Shown here: piece by piece, positions 48,401 through 55,451 of the stretch
How positions within the stretch are numbered: position 1 is the stretch's first letter
How the letters are laid out: each line of letters begins with the position of its first letter
Origin: a virus
IMG/VR virus record: IMGVR_UViG_3300010883_000003
Location: 1 to 64,000 of that record
Direction: 5' to 3' (one strand)
DNA length: 64,000 nt
Position numbers and translations under genes: made by a program
The notes under the pieces: generated by a model
The model's database searches: none
What the model was told of the DNA's origin: nothing
What the model saw: only the letters and a program-made list of their open reading frames with translations

Positions 48401-48511
48401 GCCGATGTTGAGAACAACACTGTTAGAGGTAAAGTCTTCTTACAGCCAGTTCGGTCTGTTGAGTTTATATCACTTGATTTTGTGGTAACAAACGCTGGAT
48501 TGGACATATAG
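45455..48511 (+). CDS. Tail sheath protein 2 (gp18-like paralogue)
   Basis: SPGVSTREIDLS, PWYAPAGFTRG, INPI..F, GQKTL..SALDRVNVRRL and PVRSVEFI motifs. Confidence 0.95.
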   Translation: MAELTFKSPGVSTREIDLSGPTQSGPSGIPAGVIGTAKQGRAFVPITMATFADFIAEFGDVETNLFGPLAMRQWLGYANSGTYVRTLGIGDGKKRSTTGVVTNAGFTAGSQTVQANGVVGANTYAGITTTNAGALGRTHFLAVIMSQSNGSNVFSNAGLDPVIPILRGVLLAPSGVNLALSSSRAAVTNNLPLGGPSKSNFAAAFEFGTAATKDAGSTLGAVNIAAGRQEFVMLQNGHSHTDSYPTIVTASFDPVAPNYFANVFNTDPTKTEQAGHCLYTHFDVTTGIAAVTGSTKMAAAYAASFDGVKEGTALKMEDIAFLTTGSLARATGNTTKPDFESFTDRFRTAKFPTIISQEFGGQNKDLFTMHCLDDGAVGSSRVKVSIENIIKSNNTNNKYGTFDMLVRDFNDTDAEPLVLERFVKLSLDPNSERYITRVIGDYNIFYDFDKRVGGQKLVVEGSYPNASNYVRVSPSTEMERGNIPATSLPVGFRGIPHIVSSGSAIFGGPEPGTLVALKADVHAQMVQPPIPMRQTVAQGQSPRKRINTSLYWGIQAEKRLSVAEPNSSTVVDPSISSYGAYFPNYRLDQQAVMADSSFGVADVTGTILDCDRFNNNKFSLEKIQVITTSADKADAAQWAAATYRRDGSSTATLTDIDGTSSSSTRLLNVSKDFGLSTARPFLKFTMTAQGGFDGLDIFNDARTKMKSEAVRREMTYTDQGLTAGPTVAAYRKALDVMSERSDVDIQLLAIPGIRHSGVTDYAITTVEERFDALYIMDLEVKDTLGNIVSGSDQEVSVTNTAADFNSRNLDSSFAAAYFPDVVMIDPSSGAASSAPPSVAVIGAFGLNDSVAFPWYAPAGFTRGALKNVTETQVKLNRSNLDTLYEADINPITSFPQSKEVVVFGQKTLLAAQSALDRVNVRRLLIDIRRQVRKIGDTFLFEPNRESTLARFSAAVTPVLTRIQAQQGLERFKVQIDTTTTTQADVENNTVRGKVFLQPVRSVEFISLDFVVTNAGLDI

Positions 48512-48552
48512 TCCGTGAACGATATAGTTAGATTTAACAAGGAGTAACGAAA

Positions 48553-49041
48553 ATGCCAGAAACACTATCAGTTACCGACATGCTGCCGAATAAGTTCGAG
48601 CCGAAAAGAAAATTTCGGTGGGTTTTCGCTATCGAAGGAATTGACGCTTTCTTAATTAAGACCGCTGCACGTCCGGTTATGAATACCGCCGAGATTGAAA
48701 TTCCATTTATGAACTCAACTCGGTATATTGCCGGTAAAACGAAATTTGATGCAATTTCGGTTACCTTACACGATCCAATTGCTCCCTCGGGCGCTCAACA
48801 GGTTATGGAGTGGGTACGAACTCATTACGAATCTGTTTCTGGTCGTGGTGGTTATGCCGATTTTTATAAGAGAGATTGCCAGCTCAAGATGCTTGACCCA
48901 GTGGGTACGGTTGTAGAGCTATGGGATATGAAAGGGTGTTTCTTAACATCTGCCGGATTCGGTGATCTAGATTATGGTTCGGAAGATCCAGCAGAGATTG
49001 CGTTGACGATTAGATTTGATAATTGCGTTTTGCAATACTGA
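48553..49041 (+). CDS. Tail tube protein (gp19-like)
   Basis: FEPKRK.RW, LHDPIAPS..Q.VMEW and L.MLDPVG.VVE.W..KG.F motifs. Follows the sheaths; AAGGAG RBS. Confidence 0.9.
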   Translation: MPETLSVTDMLPNKFEPKRKFRWVFAIEGIDAFLIKTAARPVMNTAEIEIPFMNSTRYIAGKTKFDAISVTLHDPIAPSGAQQVMEWVRTHYESVSGRGGYADFYKRDCQLKMLDPVGTVVELWDMKGCFLTSAGFGDLDYGSEDPAEIALTIRFDNCVLQY

Positions 49042-49079
49042 TCTTACAAGTAAATAAGCTTTAAGTCTATCTACTTAAG

Positions 49080-49106
49080 AAGTCCTCCTTTACGGAGGAC
49101 TTTTTT
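49080..49106 (+). terminator. Rho-independent terminator after tail tube
   Basis: AAGTCCTCC-TTTAC-GGAGGACTT followed by a T run. Confidence 0.85.
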
Positions 49107-49194
49107 GCTTTAAACTATTTATAACCGTATACACGGCGTATTATTTTTTTTAAGATAGTAATAATCGTGTTATTAAATAAATGGAGAGCACTAA

Positions 49195-50043
49195 ATGTCA
49201 ACTGATACCCCGACTAATGAAAGAAGTGATATATTTGGTTCAATGAGAGACCAAATTCCCACTCGTAACGTAATCAAGGATGATTTTGGTTTCGAGATTC
49301 CTGTTGAAACCGTGCCGCTGCCTTCTGGCGGAAAGTGTTACGATGAAGAACATCCTCTTCATAATAAAGACACGGTCGAAATCCGAGCCATGACAGCTAG
49401 AGAAGAAGACATCTTAACATCGAAAGCGCTGATTAAAAAAGGTACGGTCATTAGCCACCTTATAAAGTCTTGTATGATCGATAAACGTGTTGATCCTGAC
49501 TCTTTACTTGCTGGTGATAGAAATGCGCTGATGATTGCACTACGTGTTACAGGTTACGGCGCTGAGTATAAAGTGGAGATAGATTGTCCCGCATGTAGTG
49601 AGAGATCGAAGCATTCATTTAATCTTGGTGAGCTACCTGTTAAAAGACTAGACATTGACCCTGTGGTTATGGGTTCAAACGTTTTTGAGACAGATCTCCC
49701 AACAACGAAGGCTAAAGTTAGATTCAAGCTATTAACAGGTAAAGACGAACAAGAAATTATGGTCGCCGGAGAGCGGCGTAAGAAGCAAGGTCAACGCTCT
49801 GATAACCTCATTACACAGCGTCTTAAGTACTCGTTAGTTTCGGCAAACGGTATTTCTGATAAGACTAAGCTTGATATGATGGCCAGTAATCTCCCAGCAA
49901 GAGACTCTTTATACCTCCGGAAGTATATCGATAAGCACGAACCCGGTATAGAAATGTCTTCATGGATGGACTGTCCTTCATGTCTTGAACATTCGGAGGT
50001 ACGGCTCCCACTGGGTGCCGCGTTTTTTTGGCCTGACGAGTGA
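49195..50043 (+). CDS. Baseplate hub/tail assembly chaperone (T4 gp26-like)
   Basis: V.LPSGG, MTAREEDIL, GDRNAL...R..GYG, two CPxC motifs and C-terminal FFWP. Confidence 0.8.
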   Translation: MSTDTPTNERSDIFGSMRDQIPTRNVIKDDFGFEIPVETVPLPSGGKCYDEEHPLHNKDTVEIRAMTAREEDILTSKALIKKGTVISHLIKSCMIDKRVDPDSLLAGDRNALMIALRVTGYGAEYKVEIDCPACSERSKHSFNLGELPVKRLDIDPVVMGSNVFETDLPTTKAKVRFKLLTGKDEQEIMVAGERRKKQGQRSDNLITQRLKYSLVSANGISDKTKLDMMASNLPARDSLYLRKYIDKHEPGIEMSSWMDCPSCLEHSEVRLPLGAAFFWPDE

Positions 50044-50284
50044 GTCTAAAGAGGTCTATCTAGACCAAATATTTTTATTGATGTATTATATGGGTTTCAC
50101 TTTTGTGGAAGGATATAACATACCAATATGGATAAGATACTGGTTCATCAAGAGATTGAACAAAGAGCTTAAGGGCGCAAAAGACCAAGGCTCAAGGGCA
50201 GCCCACCAAAACGACGCCGAAACTAGGGCGATGATGGGCCGACATAGAGCACAGACTCCGTCAAAACTGCGTAGATTCACATAG
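50024..50284 (+). CDS. Frameshift extension of the tail chaperone (+1 frame; lambda G-T analogue)
   Basis: +1 frame reads FFGLTSESKEVYLDQIF.LMYYMGFT..E.YN.PIW.R.WF..RL, a pre-tape-measure chaperone-like motif, with no RBS/ATG at its beginning. Confidence 0.65.
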   Translation, partial: FFGLTSESKEVYLDQIFLLMYYMGFTFVEGYNIPIWIRYWFIKRLNKELKGAKDQGSRAAHQNDAETRAMMGRHRAQTPSKLRRFT

Positions 50285-50305
50285 TTATGATTAGAGGTAT
50301 ATATT

Positions 50306-50548
50306 ATGAATGTTAATAAGCAATTTCTAAAAGAGTGTGCGCTGTATATTAGAGGCGAAGTGCCTGAAATAAAGATTAGAGGAAACTCTAAGATCATATC
50401 TTTATTTGCGAATACGTTATCTGAGTCAAGAAGACTTTACCTCGCGCTGCAATCTGGCGAATTGAGCAAGACACTACCATTGCTAGAGAACAAGAGGGCC
50501 GCATCTAAACTTCTCCGAGAGAAGACGGGTTATGTTTGGCCTCTGTGA
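50306..50548 (+). CDS. Small hypothetical protein
   Basis: GAGGT RBS, ATAGTTA upstream, 80 aa. Confidence 0.7.
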   Translation: MNVNKQFLKECALYIRGEVPEIKIRGNSKIISLFANTLSESRRLYLALQSGELSKTLPLLENKRAASKLLREKTGYVWPL

Positions 50549-50619
50549 TTAAATAAGTGGCGTAGTTTCTCGTTTGCCATATTTATTGTTGAATGACTTT
50601 TTAGCGGGAAACGAGCTGC

Positions 50620-53600
50620 ATGGCTGATTCAAAAGAACTACAGACACAATTAGGTATAAACCAGCAAATAAATAAAGTGCTGGCTGATCGTGCTAAGCAG
50701 CTCGATGCTATGTCTAAACAAATATCCGGACAGGCACAGCTAGCTAAAGAGCTGTGCGCCGCGATGGACTGTAAGGAGCTTGACGGTCTTGAAGACAGAA
50801 TAGGTTCGATCAACGCATCTCTTTCCGAAGCCGCCGATCAAGCTGGTTTAGCCGGCGCCGGAATGGATAAGATGGCCAGTGACGGGCAGAAAGGTACCGA
50901 TAAGCTCGGCGGCTCGCTTGGTGGTATCCTATCCAAAGTAACACCTATGAAAGGCGCCGCAGTCGGCGCTGGCATGGGCTTCATGAAAGGCTTCAAAGGC
51001 GTCGGTGGAATGCTTAAGATGGTTGCAGGCGGAGTCGCCGGTATAGCATCTGGTGTTGCAAAAGTCGGCATGAGCATTATTGCCATTCCTTTTAAGATTT
51101 TAGGCGGATTTGTCGATGCGGCAGCCGCCGGCTCTGGCGGGGTTGACGCGTTACGTCAAGCAATGGAGAAAGTCCGTGGTGAGTTTGGCGATCTAGCCAC
51201 CGGTGAAGGCAAGGCCTTAGTAGATGGTCTTGATACTATGCGGGGTTCCTCTAGCGCCCTTGCCAAGTCCGGTATGAACCTTGGTCAAGTGTTCGGCTAC
51301 GGCAAAGCTGGCGCGGCAGCCATGCTGGAAGCTGTTTCTGGAATAGCAAAAGCAGCTGGCGCAAACTTCTCCATGATGGGCGCGCAAATCGCGGGCGCAG
51401 CCGACAAAATGGTTATGATGAACAAGGGCCTTGGTATGACCAACGAGGCTCTTGCGGAAATGGCCAGAAGAGCCCATAATACCGGCCAAGATGTGGGTCA
51501 AAATCTAGTTGACATGGGATCCATGGCGATACAGATGGGAAACAAATTTGGCGTCTCTGCTAAGACCATTGGTAAGAATATGTCTGCGCTCATGGAAGAT
51601 GTCGAAAACTTCGGCGGAATGAGTAAGAAAGAATTCGGCGCGACTGCTACATACATGGCTAAGTTAGGTTTAGAAGCTAAAGACCTCCAGGGTGTTATTG
51701 GTAAGTTCGATGATTTCGAGTCTGCTGCCGGATCTGTATCACAGTTAAACCAAGCTTTCGGTATACAGCTTGACACCATGGAAATGATGAATGCCGAGAA
51801 TCCAGCTGAGCGCATCGACATGATGAAAAACGCGTTCCATGAAGCTGGCAAGTCAGTCGAAGATATGACCCGCCAAGAAAAGAAGCTCATGGCTGAGCAA
51901 ATGGGTCTGTCTGTATCCGCGATGGAGAATGCTCTAGCAACAGAAAATATGGGCACCTCTTATGAAGATATGGAAGGCGCTGCCTCAGAAGCTGAAGCTA
52001 ATAAGATGAGTGAGAACGAGGTTATGCTCGAACTCGCAAAATCCGTCGAAAAAATGGTCAAAAGTGGTCAGAAGGTCGATGGATTCTTCGACTCGTTTAG
52101 GAAAGGATTCGCAAGAGGATTCAAGCAGAATAAAGAATATATGGAATCGATTCGAGCGATCCGGGAGTCGCTAAAGGTCGTAGGTAAATTTGGTAGAGAA
52201 GTCGGTAAGATATTCGCTGAGATGATGGGTACAATGGGCCTATTCAAATCTATTAAGAAGATATTCGATCCAGCAGCATTAGGAGAGATGCTTACAGGCG
52301 ATGGCGGTCTCTTAGGAATGTTGAAAAAGTTCCAAAAATCGACCGCAGAAGGTGGCGATTATAGCTTAGCTGATATGCTAAAAGATATGTTCGCTAGAGT
52401 TAAGAAATATCTTACAACTGGTGCCGTAAAAGAAGGTGGTGACGGTTTCGCTGTGTGGATGGAGAAAATGATCCGGTTCATGGGTGATGGTCTTGCTTCT
52501 GCACTTCCCTTTATCGTAGAAAAGATAACTGAAACGATTCAATTTATAGCCGATGTAATCCGTGACCCATCGAAGCTGTCATCGATTGGTAGCGCCGGAC
52601 AAACTGGTATAGGCGGCGCGCTAGCTGACTCTTTTTCTAAGATTGGCGAAGCGCTTGCACCAGTTCTGCCGCTACTTTGGGATGCGTTTAAAGACCTATT
52701 CTCTGCCTTATACGAAAAAATCGAACCGTTCTTGATGTTCGGACTTAAGCGTATCATCCTATTTGCTGTAGTGAAAGCAGTCGTGTCCGCGCTGGCTAAC
52801 GCCGCCGCGGGAGCAGCAATCGGCGGCGCCGCGAAGCTCCTCGCAAAGGGTCTAGGCATGAAGATGGGTAAGGGTATGGACGAAACCGCCGGCAAGCAGA
52901 TGCAGAAGAGCGGCGGCGGATTCTTTAAGGGCTTAAAAAGTATGCTCCAATCTATTGGCAAGATCAAGCCCACCACCGTTGCCAAAGCAGGATTTAATTT
53001 GCTGATTTTGGCCGCCTTCGCGGCTGGATCAATGGTCGCATTTGCACTAGGTATTAGGGCTGCTTACGAAATCTTAAAATCTGTTTCATGGGAAGGTCTA
53101 GCGAAGGTTTTTGTTGTATTAGCAATCTCTATTTTGGCAATGATACCGTTTGTGTTGGCTGCGCTAATGATGGAACCAACAACCATCACCACGGCCGGTT
53201 TAATGATGCTTATCGGCGCCACCTTCTTCGCCATCTCTGTCGTCGCATTTGCGGGTGCTATTAGAATAGCGTACGAGATTCTAAAGCCCGTGGCCTGGTC
53301 GGCTTTTGCATCCATACTCGGGATGGTTGGTGTTGCCATTCTGGCTACTATCGCTCTTGCAGTTGTTGGATTAGCTTTTGCGAGCGTAGCCCCTGCGGTA
53401 CCAGCTATGATTGTTGGTCTAGTCGCAGCAGCCCTCTTATTCACTGCAGGAATAGTAATATACGCTAAAGCCATTGCCATAGCTTATGATATACTAAAAT
53501 CTGTACCGCTGGCAGAGTTCGCGGAACAAATAAAAACAGTAGGGCTGGCTCTTGCAGCCACTGTCGCGTTTGGGGTGATCGGAGGTACTCTTGCAGCGTT

Positions 53601-55251
53601 CTTCCCTCTTGTTCCGATGATGGTTATTGGCCTAGTCGCAGCAGGTACCTTGTTCACAGCCGGGGTCTTCATCTTTGGTGAAGCAATTATGATGTCTCTC
53701 CCTATGTTTAAAAAGATTGCCCAAAATGAACAGGCTGTTACTGCAGGTATGTCCGCACTAGATACAGTCGTCAACGCCCTGGGCAAAATGGGTTTATTGG
53801 CTGCGGTATTTACTGCTTTTGGACCGTTCGTCGGTATTCTTAAGCGGGGGTTTGCCAAAGCCGCTGACTTCTTTGTAAGCTCGGCTGGTCATATAGAGGG
53901 AATGATCGGCGCTGTTCTAAAGATCCCCATGTCAAACCCTGAAGACGTTGCAAAACGAATAGAGATTGTTGCACTAATAGCTGAAGCGATGCAAAGTCTA
54001 GCCGGTATCGGTCTAGAAGCTGCCAAAATGGGTATTGTTTCTGAGCTAATGGGCGGGACAGATATGCCTACGATGTTTAAATCAATGGGAGACTTTCTCG
54101 GTAAGATAGCGAACATCATGATTGTGATGATATCGCTGATCGTTTCTCTTGCATCTGGCTTGAGCGAAAGTGACATGAAGGGTGTGGAAGTCATTGCGAC
54201 AGTTCTACAAGCTATCGCCGCCCTCGCCTCCGCACTGTTCTCCCCGCTTGAAGCTGTGTCAAAAATGTCATCAGGTATGTTCGGTCCTAGTGTCTCGGAA
54301 GCTATGGGTGCTGTTGTCGGAGGTATCACTCAGCTCATGCTCGCAATCTATATCTTCTTACCAGCGCTGATTACTAAAATAATCGAAATTGCGAACGGTA
54401 TTCCAGGAGATCCGGCAGCGCTAAAACCAAGGATGGAAGTAATCGCAATAGCGCTAGGAGCCGTTGGGAGTTTTGCTAAAGCCATCGGTGACGTGGCTAA
54501 GCTCATGCCGGAAGAGGGCGGCGGCTTCTTCGGTGGCGGAGCTAGTATGGCTGAGCGGCTCGCCGATATGAGCAAAATTATCAGATCGGTTGTCGAGTCA
54601 GTAAAGAAGCATATGCCACCTCTTATAAAGGATCTCCTAAAAATAGAGATCCCGGGAGATCCAGCCACTGCCAAAGCAAAAATTGAAATCATTGGATCTG
54701 CCATGACGGCCATCAGTCAATTTGCGGATGTCATCTCAAAGCTAGCTGGTATGGCCGTCCCAGATGGCGCATCAATGGGAAGCTTAATTCGAAATATCGT
54801 TACCGGTGTTAAATCTGCTTTAACTGGTGACGACGGTCTGCAAGGATTGTTTACAGCACTGGGCGGCGTAACTCTTGATGAGTCCGCGCTGGCACCCCTT
54901 GATGCAGCGAATACAGCTTTAGAAAAGTTAACGAGCTTCGGTGCCAATATTATTAAGATGCAAGAGAAAATGGCGGAAGTCCCGGGCGGCGGTCTAGCCA
55001 CAGCCGTGACGTCGATGGTTACAGAGGCGAAACTAGCCGTTGAAGCGATGAACTCCCTCGGCGAACTAGACGCCACAGTAGCGCTTGATAACTTTGCTTC
55101 CGCCATCGGAACGGGTCAGGGAGAATTTACTATCACCAATGAACCAATTAATATTACGATCAATATGAATGTCACTATGGACGCGAACGAGGTCGGTAAG
55201 GTGCTGGTTAATAAATCAGTAATGACAACGCCTCTAACAACTGCGGAGTAA
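50620..55251 (+). CDS. Tape measure protein
   Basis: 1543 aa Ala/Gly/Met-rich helical protein after tube and chaperone genes, with hydrophobic repeated segments. Confidence 0.88.
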   Translation: MADSKELQTQLGINQQINKVLADRAKQLDAMSKQISGQAQLAKELCAAMDCKELDGLEDRIGSINASLSEAADQAGLAGAGMDKMASDGQKGTDKLGGSLGGILSKVTPMKGAAVGAGMGFMKGFKGVGGMLKMVAGGVAGIASGVAKVGMSIIAIPFKILGGFVDAAAAGSGGVDALRQAMEKVRGEFGDLATGEGKALVDGLDTMRGSSSALAKSGMNLGQVFGYGKAGAAAMLEAVSGIAKAAGANFSMMGAQIAGAADKMVMMNKGLGMTNEALAEMARRAHNTGQDVGQNLVDMGSMAIQMGNKFGVSAKTIGKNMSALMEDVENFGGMSKKEFGATATYMAKLGLEAKDLQGVIGKFDDFESAAGSVSQLNQAFGIQLDTMEMMNAENPAERIDMMKNAFHEAGKSVEDMTRQEKKLMAEQMGLSVSAMENALATENMGTSYEDMEGAASEAEANKMSENEVMLELAKSVEKMVKSGQKVDGFFDSFRKGFARGFKQNKEYMESIRAIRESLKVVGKFGREVGKIFAEMMGTMGLFKSIKKIFDPAALGEMLTGDGGLLGMLKKFQKSTAEGGDYSLADMLKDMFARVKKYLTTGAVKEGGDGFAVWMEKMIRFMGDGLASALPFIVEKITETIQFIADVIRDPSKLSSIGSAGQTGIGGALADSFSKIGEALAPVLPLLWDAFKDLFSALYEKIEPFLMFGLKRIILFAVVKAVVSALANAAAGAAIGGAAKLLAKGLGMKMGKGMDETAGKQMQKSGGGFFKGLKSMLQSIGKIKPTTVAKAGFNLLILAAFAAGSMVAFALGIRAAYEILKSVSWEGLAKVFVVLAISILAMIPFVLAALMMEPTTITTAGLMMLIGATFFAISVVAFAGAIRIAYEILKPVAWSAFASILGMVGVAILATIALAVVGLAFASVAPAVPAMIVGLVAAALLFTAGIVIYAKAIAIAYDILKSVPLAEFAEQIKTVGLALAATVAFGVIGGTLAAFFPLVPMMVIGLVAAGTLFTAGVFIFGEAIMMSLPMFKKIAQNEQAVTAGMSALDTVVNALGKMGLLAAVFTAFGPFVGILKRGFAKAADFFVSSAGHIEGMIGAVLKIPMSNPEDVAKRIEIVALIAEAMQSLAGIGLEAAKMGIVSELMGGTDMPTMFKSMGDFLGKIANIMIVMISLIVSLASGLSESDMKGVEVIATVLQAIAALASALFSPLEAVSKMSSGMFGPSVSEAMGAVVGGITQLMLAIYIFLPALITKIIEIANGIPGDPAALKPRMEVIAIALGAVGSFAKAIGDVAKLMPEEGGGFFGGGASMAERLADMSKIIRSVVESVKKHMPPLIKDLLKIEIPGDPATAKAKIEIIGSAMTAISQFADVISKLAGMAVPDGASMGSLIRNIVTGVKSALTGDDGLQGLFTALGGVTLDESALAPLDAANTALEKLTSFGANIIKMQEKMAEVPGGGLATAVTSMVTEAKLAVEAMNSLGELDATVALDNFASAIGTGQGEFTITNEPINITINMNVTMDANEVGKVLVNKSVMTTPLTTAE

Positions 55252-55253
55252 TA

Positions 55254-55451
55254 ATGAAAGATAATAACCAAGGATTAGAAGAAGTACTTCGGCAACAAAA
55301 GTCTGGTTTTACAAAGATTAAAAACGATTTTAAAGAAGGTAGCACGAGTCCTGCGATTAATAGCTTACTAGAGCTTATAGACTTTATTCGTAATGACGAA
55401 GACGCCTTAAGCAAACTACAAGAAGAGATTGTTAGACATTATGGCGAATGA
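55254..55451 (+). CDS. Small hypothetical protein
   Basis: GGAG RBS, 65 aa, coupled to both flanking genes. Confidence 0.6.
   Translation: MKDNNQGLEEVLRQQKSGFTKIKNDFKEGSTSPAINSLLELIDFIRNDEDALSKLQEEIVRHYGE

Noticed and set aside
49985-50023. Independent TTG start for the 49985-50284 ORF
   Set aside because: No SD, and the first residues overlap the conserved CPSC region of the upstream gene; frameshift entry is more plausible.
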